Part shown: one piece after another, positions 49,356 through 61,500 of the stretch
Layout of the letters: every line of letters begins with the position of its first letter
Numbering within the stretch: the stretch's first letter is position 1
Translations under genes and position numbers: made by a program
Source of the DNA: Nemertoderma westbladi
Lineage: Eukaryota; Animalia; Xenacoelomorpha
Reading direction: 5' to 3'
NCBI GenBank assembly: GCA_032718475.1
Contig: JAUCBJ010001783.1
Location: 1 to 64,000, forward strand
DNA length: 64,000 bases
The notes under the pieces: generated by a model
The model's input: only the letters and a program-made list of their open reading frames with translations
Told to the model about the DNA's origin: nothing
The model's database searches: none

Positions 49356-49602
49356 AGGTTATCAATTAAAGTTACACTGCCCATAAAGTTCGGTTAACCC
49401 TAGTAGAATTGAAAGAAGGGATAGCCGCTATTCCCTCCTCCCTCTAATTAATAATGTAAGCTACCGGTACTGACCAGTTAACCACCCTCCCCCCCCCCCC
49501 CCCCCCCCGTCTCAGATAGTGATTCCTGTTACCGCCCATTCCTGTTACCCCCCCACCACAGAAAATGATTCATGTTGTTAGTAACCATTTTAGTTACCTA
49601 TT

Positions 49603-49802
49603 AAGGGAAAGGAACAGGTTTCAGAGACGGCTTTTTTTTAACCAAAACGATAAACGATGTTGTTACCAAATGAGGGAAAGGAGCAGGTTCCAGAAACGGG
49701 TTTTTCTAACCGAAACAATAAACGATGTTGTTACCAATTGAGGCAAGGGAGCAGGTTACAGAGACGGATTTTTCTAACCAAAACAATAAACGATGTTGTT
49801 AC
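49603..49802 (+). repeat. Three tandem ~67-bp copies of the GGAGCAGG-N20-AACCAAAACAATAAA module
   Basis: gggaaaggagcaggtt.caga.acgg.tttt.ctaaccaaaacaataaacgatgttgttaccaa occurs three times. Confidence 0.9.
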
Positions 49803-50295
49803 ACACAAAACACGAAAATCCAGACAGGAAAACACGCTAAATTTTATAGGCAACATTATTTGTAACAGAATGTAGTTGTCGCTCAATCGCGTTGTGTATA
49901 CACAACTAACAAGTATACATAGATGCCCTCGTGCCTTTAGCCTTCTTCAATGTTAAAGGAAAATAAAGAAATTAAAAACATTGTTTCCATGGTAGACATG
50001 TTTTTTCAATGTTAGCACGCACTAAACAGTTCCTCTAATTAATTAGAAAACGTTAAAAAAATTTAGAGAATTTAGTAAAAGAACCAGATCTAACCCCACT
50101 AAATCGATTATTGCGTTTTGAATGCGCCCATAATTGTAATGTCATTTCATATCTAGTAACATATTTTGGAAACATTCTGGGTCTGTCGAGTAAATTTTGA
50201 GATTATACTCAAAATGTAGGGTCATAATACCTCCTACCTCTTACTGGGAAAGTCTTGTAGAGTCCTAATTTTTTTACGCATTCCTTAAATTTCAA

Positions 50296-50541
50296 ACAAC
50301 ACCAAACGTTGGTGCACAAAACCAAACGTTGGTGCACAACCAAACGTTGGTGCAAACTCCAAACTTTGGTGCACAAAACCAAACTTTGGTGCACAACACC
50401 AAACTTTGGTGCACAACACCAAACGTTGGTGCACAACACCAAACTCTGGTGCTCTTCACCAAACTTTGGTTAACAACACCAAACTTTGGTGCACAAAACC
50501 AAACTTTGGTGAACAACACCAAACTTTCGTGCACAACACCT
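50296..50541. repeat. 20-bp minisatellite with palindromic unit (CACCAAAC(T/G)TTGGTGCACAA), ~12 copies
   Basis: Direct reading of the tandem units. Confidence 0.92.
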
Positions 50542-51681
50542 AAGTTTTCGAATTTTATATTTGCTGATATGTATTCTTTTTCTAGTACGCTGAATCAAAT
50601 CGAAATATTTTCGAAACTTGTATGAGGATATTTTATGGTTCACCAAAAATGGGGCGTGGCATAAAAAATCTACAATGTTTATATTTTCTAAAGGTTTTCG
50701 AAATGGTTATTTTTCTTCCACTTTAAAGGGTTTATTTTCCCAACGCTAACACTTCCAAAAGACTTTAAGAACAAAAAAAATGGTGTGGCAGTTTTCATTA
50801 GAAATTATCGAATTATATATTTTGGACGCCGCGACAAATTAGGGAATTTAAAAATGACACACCCCCTTTAGTTTCACGGTTTGAAAGTACCCCCCCCCCC
50901 CCCCCCCCCTTTTGCAATTTGGTGGTCCTGAAACATTTAACTTACTTTTCATGCAAATTTTCTTAAATAGTTAGTGGAATTTTAAAATTTGAAAAGTTTT
51001 GTGTCATTTGCCCCCCAAATACAACCCCAAATCGTAACATTTCAGTTGTAAAAAATATATTGGATGATAACAATTATTAATGTACAAAAAAGTGGTAATA
51101 AAGTTAGATTATCTTCCCGATAGATCATATCTTCCCGAAGTAATATCAACGAGTGTGCAAGTAATTCACCCATACTCCTACATTTCGTTTGGTTGCCCAG
51201 GAAATAGACACATTAAACACACAGGAAAGATTACGAGCGTTGGAGAAATCACGTCAACGTTAAATATGGCGTGTTGGTGCGGCAGAAAACCAATTTCTTT
51301 ATCGTGGACCGACATATAAATAATCTGTTATAACTTGTGACAGAATACAGATACTTATGAGTTCAGATGTTTAAGTTCTAAGTTAACAGAAGTTACTTGG
51401 TAATTTTGAAGTTCGAAGGTTGTTATTTTCATCATTTTGTAAGTAAAATAGAAAAAAATCTAAGACCCATAATATTTTTCTAAATGAAAATTAAACGTAT
51501 TTCAAAAATGTAATTAACTATTTATTACGCATTGAATGTACGAATACGAACAATGTAATCATAGACTGAGAAATATTAATTAAATATATTTAAAATAAGT
51601 TACAGAGTTCGATAAATGTTTCATAATTATTGTAAATTAAATAATTAATAAAATATTATAAAATTTTAGTCCGGTGTTTAT

Positions 51682-52057
51682 TTACTTGCGCCAATTCTGT
51701 GCCAATTTATGCATTTGTTCCATTAAGGCTGGGAATGTAGCCGCTACCGAGTACTCTATAAGTTTCTGCATATTGTGCACCGCCTGTTCGTCTGTCACCT
51801 CCAGGAAGAACTTATCCTGAACCTTCTTTACCGTTTTATCGGGCTCTATGGCGATATCCGGTACATTGGCGTCGATCATTAGACTAAACAGGTTGAGTAT
51901 CAGGTTGGCGTGACGACGTAGGTGCAGGAAGGCCGTGTAACAGAGTTTCTTAAACTCCTGGTAGGTTTCTGACTGCTGGCCCCCCATACCATCCACCATC
52001 TCCCTATTCAGTTTCATTGGTGGGGGTAACGGCTTAGAATCCCGACCCAATATATAA
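51682..52057 (-). CDS. PIK3C3: Vps34 (class III PI3K) last coding exon
   Basis: Acceptor tttag at 52058, then [46 protein letters not shown]. Phase matches the upstream exon (GG|T). Confidence 0.95.
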
Positions 52058-52480
52058 CTAAACAACAAATAGTTACTATCAGTTTTTACTAGTAATAATT
52101 TAATATTAAATTATATTGCGTCAAATTAAATATACCATATTTACTTGAATAAGAGCCTGGGCGATTAAGTTTATAAATTGCCAATTTGGGAGGCGTGGTT
52201 CTAACTTCTAGGGGGACCGTTTATGTTTATGTTCTAGAAATTCAGCGTTTTGAATCTAAATACCCTAAATAAAGAATGTTGTAAAATTCAAGAAAACAAG
52301 TTAAGCAAATGAAATAATTCAAATAAAACCAGGATTATCTTTATTACAATGCAGCCTATTACAGCGGTACAACAACCTAAGTTACATTTACCTTCTTTCT
52401 TAACAATCAGTTAACTCTTAACAATGTTACTATATTACTACTACAATATTATTTTTTTTACTAAATATAAAGAACCTAAC

Positions 52481-54401
52481 CCGAAATCAATGTGGAACAG
52501 CCGACCTCCTTTAGTCATGAGAAGGTTATCTAAATGTCGATCTCCTATACCGAGAATGTAGGTGATAACGCAATAACCCGCGCAACTACGCACGTATGTA
52601 TCCATAACGGAGGGTTGGACGCCGTAGAGCGAGCGTTCCGAGGGCGCGTGTTTCCTAAAGTAGGCGAGAATCCCTCCGTCCGACGCGAGGATCTCAGCGA
52701 CAGCGGTCGACTCGACGAATTGGACGAACCCGTGTCGGGAACTCGTCGCTAATACTTTGTACGGCGTCAACTTAAGGTCGAGATTCTCTCTCTGCAGGAG
52801 TTTATCCATTAGCGATATTATCTGCAGGATGAGTTGATCTTGTCTGAGATCGTCGCCGACTTTAAAGATGGTGACGTATTTATCGAGAGATTCCGTCTCG
52901 AAAGTAAGTCGACTTGGCATCATCGCGCTCTTAAACATAGTCGCGTCGTCCGGGATAATCCGACGGACTCGGACCCTGGGATCCAACGGGAGCGGCAGCG
53001 GATCGAACAACGACAATCCCCCGATCTCGGGCCGATCCGCGTCTCTCCGGGTCCGCTCCGACTCCGGGTGCGTTCGATCCCGCCGGCTCCGATCCGACTC
53101 CGGGGCCGTCCGATCCGACGCGTCCGCCAGCAGCGCCCGCAGCCGCTCCACCTTCCTGCCGCGATCGCCCCGCTCCCGGTGCGCCACGCCCACCACCTCG
53201 ACCAGCGAGTCCACCAGCGAGCGCTGTCGGATCAGCAGCGTCCGCTGGAGGCGCAACGGGCGGGGCCCCGCGGCCAGGGTCGCATTGAACCGGTCCAGTA
53301 GCGCCCGGTACATCAGCGACGAGCCCCGCGAGGAGGTCTCCCCCTCCCCCGTCTCCACCAACAGGTACCAGAACAGGTAGTTACCCAACTCCGGGTTCCG
53401 GACGGCCCGGTCGATTAGAAAACTCGCCAATCCCATATGCGTATGGGAGGAATCCGCTTGGGGGCGCTGCGTAGTACTCGGGATATCCGCGAGGGGGCAC
53501 TGCGTACTAATAGATTCCGTTAGGGGGCGCTGTGTACTCTCGGAATCCACTAGAGGGCGCTGTGAATCAGACGATTCAGATAAATGGGTCGACTGAACGA
53601 GCGCGTCAGTAACACTCCCCCCTCCTGGGGGTCCCGAGGACTCCATCGAGGATTGCCGACTGACCGTTAGAGGGCGTGCGTGGCCATCGCCACCCTCGGG
53701 GACCTCGTACCGAAGGGCCTGCACCAACTGGAGGAGGTAGAGAAGGAGGTCGTCGTCCGTGGCCGACTGGAGTCGGGAGACGGCGTAGCAACGAACCGCC
53801 GGGTTGGTGAACCCAGGGGAGAGGAGTTCCAAGGCGTCGTCTACGTCCACCGGTTGCCATAGAGACAGGAGATGCACGGCCTGGTCAACCTCCGAGGATT
53901 TATTCCAGTCGATAGACTTTAGGAACTTAGTGAGCGCTTTCTTCTGATTGGTTAAGTAGAATCGGAACTTCCAGACGAGGTCCTTCTCCTCGGGGGTTAG
54001 CAGCTTGGCCGGGGGGTACTGGACGATCCTAGCGAGGGCGTCCCGACTCGCGAGGTTGGGTTTGGCCTCGCCCTGACTGCCGGCCCCACTGCGGACCCCG
54101 CGCGCCAGTCTGTGGTGCTTCGCCTCGACGAGGTTCTCCTTCCCGATATCCGCGTCCGGCAGTCGGACCAGATCGTTGGTGGCCGCCGACGGCCCCGGGC
54201 TCGAGTCGGCCCCGCGCTCGAAGTAAACCACCGAGTGCTCGACGCCCTCGACTACGATCTTAGGGAACTCGATGGTCAGATACATCCGTTCCGATTGGCG
54301 CTTCTCGCGTTCATTTATCTGGGTGACCTCGCGGAAAGTCAGTCTGTCTAGCCAATCGTCGCCAACTAGATGTCCTTGTCTGCGTTTCTTACTGAGTTTA
54401 C
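52481..54401 (-). CDS. PIK3C3: Vps34 penultimate exon (1921 bp: end of C2, helical and kinase domains)
   Basis: Acceptor cctttactcag at 54402, donor gg|gttagg at 52480. Motifs DWLDRLTFRE, LVWKFRFYL, LYLLQLVQALRYE, IFKVGDDLRQDQL, GIGDRHLDNLL, HIDFG. Earlier exons were not found in the window. Confidence 0.95.
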
Positions 54402-55519
54402 CTGAGTAAAGGAGGGGAGTATTAATTATAGTTCCCCATAGATTATTGGTTTGCCTAATAAATAATACAGTAACCAAAACAATATAACAATTATAGTTAA
54501 ATGTATTTATTTAGTCCTCTGTAAATTTACTTTATGTGCCGACAAATAAAACATAATTCAATAATATAATGATTTCCAATCACCAATCTTACATAACCGT
54601 CGAAGAATTCAAAATTACCATGTGTATGTAGTTAGACACAAGTCGCGGTTGCGCCATGGTAGCCAGGAATCTATTAAGGAATATTTTCCACATGATAAGC
54701 CGCTACTGTAAATCCGTAATTAGCAAACTAACAGGGTTTTGCGCGGATGAATTGCCCATTTTGAGATTCATTACTGATTTTATCCTTTATTATTCGAGCT
54801 ACTTGTTCAATTATCCAACAGCCAAAGATGACCGTGACCGAATTTTTAAATGAGCTTCTCGCACTAACTTAAAATAGAGACACTTTTAAACAACTATTTT
54901 AACAATTCACTTCACAGCCATCACCTTTTTTCAAATTTTAATCGAATGCTACGATATTAGGTATGATAATAGTTCAACACTGTCTCTTACTGATGGCCTG
55001 GCCAGATTTTTAAATTCCCAACTTATTTCACTATCAATATAATTACATCTACCAATAATACACGTTCGCTGGTCCTTCGCGCAACACGAGGCTCAGTTAT
55101 GAGATACAAATTAAAATTGAGCGATTCATCATAAAATCGGCATTTAAGAAACTTAACCAAACAGCCAATATATCAAAGATGAGGGGAAAGCCACCCACCC
55201 CCCCTCTTAATCTGCACCACCCCAACCCAAAGGCGCGCAGAGGATTGAGGAAAGGCAGACATTAATAGGAAAATCAAAATGGTGTATTAAAAGTAATATA
55301 TTTTAGGCGCGGATGCAACCAAATTTGTAAGAACTATTAAAACTTACGTTATGCCGATAGTATTGATACTGAAACTTATTAAATTAATTATTAAATTAAT
55401 TTACCATGTCAACGCGTCAACGGAATGACTTAACTAATTCTAAAGAATTACTATTAAATAACCAAGCCAATCATTTCGCGAAATAAACAATTAGCAAGCA
55501 GTCTTATTATTGGTGTGAT

Positions 55520-58500
55520 GAGTGGTTCCCAGCCAGGTAATAGCACCATTGCTGGAGTGGTGAGGTGGAGTGGTTCCCAGCCAGGTAATAGCACCATTGC
55601 TCGAGTGGTTAGGTGGGGTGGAGTGGTTCCCAGACAGGTAATAGCACCATTGCTCGAGTGGTGAGGTGGAGTGGCTCCCAGCCAGGCAATAGCACCATTG
55701 CTGGAGTGGTGAGGTGGAGTGGTTCCCAGCCAGGTAATAGCACCATTGCTGGAGTGGTGAGGTGGAGTGGTTCCCAGCCAGGTAATAGCACCATTGCTGG
55801 AGTGGTGAGGTGGAGTGGTTCCCAGCCAGGTAATAGCGCCATTGCTGGAGTGGTGAGGTGGAGTGGTTCCCAGCCAGGCAATAGCACCATTGCTCGAGTG
55901 GTGAGGTGGAGTGGTTCCCAGCCAGGTTATAGCACCAGTGCTCGAGTGGTGAGGTGGAGTGGTTCCCAGCCAGGTAATAGCACCATTGCTGGAGTGGTGA
56001 GGTGGAGTGGTTCCCAGCCAGGAAATAGCACCATTGCTGGAGTGGTGAGGTGGAGTGGTTCCCAGCCAGGTAATAGCATCATTGCTGGCCAGGCAATAGC
56101 ACCATTGCTCGAGTGGTGAGGTGGAGTGGTTCCCAGCCAGGTTATAGCACCAATGCTCGAGTGGTGAGGTGGAGTGGTTCCCAGCCAGGTAAAAGCACCA
56201 TTGTTGGAGTGGTGAGGTGGAATGGTTCCCAGTCAGGTAATAGCACCAATGCACCATTGCTCGAGTGGTTAGGTGGGGTGGAGTGGTTCCCAGACAGGTA
56301 ATAGCACCATTGCTCGAGTGGTTAGGTGGGGTGGAGTGGTTCCCAGCCAGGTAAAAGCACCATTGTTGGAGTGGTGAGGTGGAATGGTTCCCAGTCAGGT
56401 AATAGCAAAATTGCTGGAGTGGTGAGGTGGAGTGGTTCCCAGCCAGGTAAAAGCACCATTGCTGGAGTGGTGAGGTGGAATGGTCCCCAGTCAGGTAATA
56501 GCACCAATGCACCATTGCTCGAGTGGTTAGGTGGGGTGGAGTGGTTCCCAGACAGGTAATAGCACCATTGCTCGAGTGGTTAGGTGGGGTGGAGTGGTTC
56601 CCAGACAGGTAATAGCACCATTGCTCGAGTGGTGAGGTGGAGTGGCTCCCAGCCAGGCAATAGCACCATTGCTGGAGTGGTGAGGTGGAGTGGTTCCCAG
56701 CCAGGTAATAGCACCATTGCTGGAGTAGTGAGGTGGAGTGGTTCCCAGCCAGGTAATAGCACCATTGCTCGAGTGGTTAGGTGGGGTGGAGTGGTTCCCA
56801 GACAGGTAATAGCACCATTGTTCGAGTGGTTAGGTGGAATGGTTCCCAGCCAGGTAATAGCACCATTGCTGGAGTGGTGAGGTGGAGTGGTTACCAGCCA
56901 GGTAATAGCACCATTGCTCGAGTGGTTAGGTGGGGTGGAGTGGTTCCCAGACAGGTAATAGCACCATTGCTGGAGTGGTGAGGTGGAGTGGTTCCCAGCC
57001 AGGTAATAGCACCATTGCTGGAGTGGTGAGGTGGAATGGTTCCCAGCCAGGTAATAGCACCATTGCTGGAGTGGTGAGGTGGAGTGGTTCCCAGCCAGGC
57101 AATAGCACCATTGCTCGAGTGGTGAGGTGGAGTGGTTCCCAGCCAGGTATTAGCACCATTGCTGGAGTGGCGAGGTGGAATGGTTCCCAGCCAGGTAATA
57201 GCACCATTGCTGGAGTGGTGAGGTGGAGTGGTTCCCAGCCAGGTTATAGCACCAGTGCTCGAGTGGTGAGGTGGAGTGGTTCCCAGCCAGGTAAAAGCAC
57301 CATTGCTGGAGTGGTGAGGTGGAATGGTTCCAGCAGGTAATAGCACCATTGCTCGAGTGGTGAGGTGGAGTGGTTCCCAGCCAGGTAAAAGCACCATTGC
57401 TGGAGTGGTGAGGTGGAGTGGTTCCCAGCCAGGTAAAAGCACCATTGCTGGAGTGGTGAGGTGGAATGGTTCCACAGGTAATAGCACCATTGCTCGAGTG
57501 GTGAGGTGGAGTGGTTCCCAGCCAGGCAATAGCACCATTGCTCGAGTGGTGAGGTGGAGTGGTTCCCAGCCAGGTTATAGCACCAGTGCTCGAGTGGTGA
57601 GGTGGAGTGGTTCCCAGCCAGGTAAAAGCACCATTGCTGGAGTGGTGAGGTGGAATGGTTCCCAGTCAGGTAATAGCACCATTGCTCGAGTGGTGAGGTG
57701 GAGTGGTTCCCAGCCAGGTAATAGCACCATTGCTCGAGTGGTTAGGTGGGGTGGAGTGGTTCCCAGACAGGTAATAGCACCATTGCTCGAGTGGTGAGGT
57801 GGAGTGGTTCCCAGTCAGGTAATAGCACCATTGCTGGAGTGGTGAGGTGGAGTGGTTCCCAGCCAGGTAATAGCACCATTGCTCGAGTGGTTAGGTGGGG
57901 TGGAGTGGTTCCCAGACAGGTAATAGCACCATTGCTCGAGTGGTTAGGTGGGGTGGAGTGGTTCCCAGCCAGGTAATAGCACCATTGCTGGAGTGGTGAC
58001 TGGTGAGGTGGAGTGGTTCCCAGCCAGGTAATAGCACCATTGCTCGAGTGGTTAGGTGGGGTGGAGTGGTTCCCAGACAGGTAATAGCACCATTGCTGGA
58101 GTGGTGAGGTGGAGTGGTTCCCAGCCAGGCAATAGCACCATTGCTCGAGTGGTGAGGTGGAGTGGTTCCCAGCCAGGTAATAGCACCATTGCTGGGGTGG
58201 TGAGGTGGAGTGGTTCCCAGCCAGGTAATAGCACCATTGCTCGAGTGGTGAGGTGGAGTGGTTCCCAGCCAGGTAATAGCACCATTGCTCGAGTGGTGAG
58301 GTGGAGTGGTTCCCAGCCAGGTAATAGCACCATTTCTCGAGTCGAGTGGTGAGGTGGAGTGGTTCCCAGCCAGGTAATAGCACCATTGCTGGAGTGGTGA
58401 GGTGGAGTGGTTCCCAGCCAGGCAATAGCACCATTGCTCGAGTGGTGAGGTGGAGTGGTTCCCAGCCAGGTAATAGCTAGTGTTGAGAACTGAATCAATT

Positions 58501-61500
58501 TTGACTAATTTCAGTTACAGTTGCAGTTTCAGTATTCAAAGTTTTGCATTTCAGTTACAGTTGCAGTTTCAGTATTACAAAGTGTAACATTTCAGTTACA
58601 GTTACAGTTTCAGTATTACAAAGTGTAACATTTCAGTTACAGTTACAGTTACAGTTTCAGTATTACAAAATTGAGCATTTCAGTTTCAGTTACAGTTTCA
58701 GTTATAGATTCAATATATATGATCTCACGTAGTAAGCAGTCATCTGAAACTAAAAATGAGGCACTTTAATATATTACTGTTATATACGCTAATAATAATG
58801 TTCATTACGAAACGTCCTCTTTCTAGAGCTAATAGGTAGTTGTTGTAGGAAAGTTGGACCCACTCTATGGTAATATTTTGTAACTAATATAGGGCCTACT
58901 GATAGTACTGTATGTAATGAAAGTGGCGGTCACAAGATCAACTAAAGGCACCCACATTTTACTGTACATCTTGTTTCAGTGCTTGTACACTTATTGTTAT
59001 CATTTATTGTTTTGGTTATAAAGCCATGGTTCTGAATCCTGCTCATTTTCCTTAATTCGTAATTTGTTTTAGTAATCATATATTTATTGTTTTGGTTAGA
59101 CCCACCTCGATAAGCTGCTCCTTTCACTTTTAAGTTTAATTTTGTAATTTATAATGGCAAACTTGATCAAAATTTAATTTCCAGTGTGCCTCTAGTGTGA
59201 TTGTGATATTAATAGTACCGGTAAAAACATTAATAATTAATAATGTAAAATCCGTTAATATCCCTCTACCATTAGGCCTAACTTTGTTTATCTAAAACAT
59301 TTACATTTAATATGAAGCCAAAGTGGTGATAAGGCTGATAGGTGATAGTCTAATAGTTGAGACAGATAAACATAGACTTTATGCTACTGTAGATCTTCGT
59401 TCACTAACTTGACTCGCCAAATAAATCACATTTGAGCTAAGTGGACAATGGGTCTTTGATTTTATATTGTGTAATATTATGGTTTTGTTCAGATGTGGAA
59501 AAAACGAGATTGTTTTTTTTATAACAATGTTTTAAAAATGATACCTATGGTAACCACTGTTATTCATTTATTAAACTATACTCTATACTTTATTACAATA
59601 CTGTTTTAAATGCTCATTCATGTTAATTGTGTGGTTGAGAACTGAATCGGATTTTGTTAATTTCAGTTTCAGTTACAGTTACAGTATTCAAAATTCGTAA
59701 TTACAGTTTCAGTTACAGTTACAGTATTCAAAATTCGCAATTACAGTTACAGTTATAGTTACAGTATCAAAAAAATCATCAAAACCATTCAGTTACAGTT
59801 GCAGTTACAGTATAATTACAGTTACAGTTCTCAACACTAGTAATAGCACCATTGCTGGGGTGGTGAGGTGGAGTGGTTCCCAGCCAGGTAAAAGCACCAT
59901 TGCTCGAGTGGTGAGGTGGAGTGGTTCCCAGCCAGGTAATAGCACCATTGCTGGGGTGGTGAGGTGGAGTGGTTCCCAGCCAGGTAATAGCACCATTGCT
60001 CGAGTGGTTAGGTGGGGTGGAGTGGTTCCCAGACAGGTAATAGCACCATTGCTGGAGTGGTGAGGTGGAGTGGTTCCCAGCCAGGTAATAGCACCATTGC
60101 TGGAGTGGTGAGGTGGAATGGTTCCCAGCCAGGTATTAGCACCATTGCTGGAGTGGCGAGGTGGAATGGTTCCCAGCCAGTTAATAGCACCATTGCTGGA
60201 GTGGTGAGGTGGAGTGGTTCCCAGCCAGGCAATAGCACCATTGCTCGAGTGGTGAGGTGGAGTGGTTCCCAGCCAGGTTATAGCACCAGTGCTCGAGTGG
60301 TGAGGTGGAGTGGTTCCCAGCCAGGTAATAGCACCATTGCTGGAGTGGTGAGGTGGAGTGGTTCCCAGCCAGGTAAAATCACCATTGCTGGAGTGGTGAG
60401 GTGGAGTGGTACCCAGCCAGGTAATAGCACCATTGCTGGAGTGGTGAGGTGGAATGGTTCCCAGTCAGGTAATAGCACCATTGCTCGAGTGGTGAGGTGG
60501 AGTGGTTCCCAGCCAGGCAATAGCAATAGCACCATTGCTCGAGTGGTGAGGTGGAGTGGTTCCCAGCCAGGTAATAGAACCATTGCTGGAGTGGTGAGGT
60601 GGAGTGGTTTCCAGCCAGGTAATAGCACCATTGCTCGAGTGGTGAGGTGGAGTGGTTCCCAGCCAGGCAATAGCACCATTGCTCGAGTGGTGAGGTGGAG
60701 TGGTTCCCAGCCAGGTAATAGCACCATTGCTGGAGTGGTGAGGTGGAGTGGTTCCCAGCCAGGTAATAGCACCATTGCTGGAGTGGTGAGGTGGAGTGGT
60801 TACCAGCCAGGTAATAGCACCATTGCTCGAGTGGTTAGGTGGGGTGGAGTGGTTCCCAGACAGGTAATAGCACCATTGCTGGAGTGGTGAGGTGGAGTGG
60901 TTCCCAGCCAGGTAATAGCACCATTGCTGGAGTGGTGAGGTGGAATGGTTCCCAGCCAGGTAATAGCACCATTGCTGGAGTGGTGAGGTGGAGTGGTTAC
61001 CAGCCAGGTAATAGCACCATTGCTCGAGTGGTTAGGTGGGGTGGAGTGGTTCCCAGACAGGTAATAGCACCATTGCTGGAGTGGTGAGGTGGAGTGGTTC
61101 CCAGCCAGGCAATAGCACCATTGCTCGAGTGGTGAGGTGGAGTGGTTCCCAGCCAGGTATTAGCACCATTGCTGGAGTGGCGAGGTGGAATGGTTCCCAG
61201 CCAGGTAATAGCACCATTGCTGGAGTGGTGAGGTGGAGTGGTTCCCAGCCAGGTTATAGCACCAGTGCTCGAGTGGTGAGGTGGAGTGGTTCCCAGCCAG
61301 GTAAAAGCACCATTGCTGGAGTGGTGAGGTGGAATGGTTCCGCAGGTAATAGCACCATTGCTCGAGTGGTGAGGTGGAGTGGTTCCCAGCCAGGTAAAAG
61401 CACCATTGCTGGAGTGGTGAGGTGGAGTGGTTCCCAGCCAGGTAAAAGCACCATTGCTGGAGTGGTGAGGTGGAATGGTTCCACAGGTAATAGCACCATT

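Noticed and set aside
50209-50625. Cys/Val-rich repetitive ORFs
   Set aside because: Translations of the 20-bp minisatellite.
52834-54351. Plus-strand ORFs overlapping Vps34
   Set aside because: Expected antisense ORFs in GC-rich coding DNA, with no recognisable motifs.
52441-54477. 678-aa ORF as a complete standalone gene
   Set aside because: Both ends read into introns. Splice sites at 54402 and 52480 delimit the real exon, and the N-terminal C2 domain is missing.
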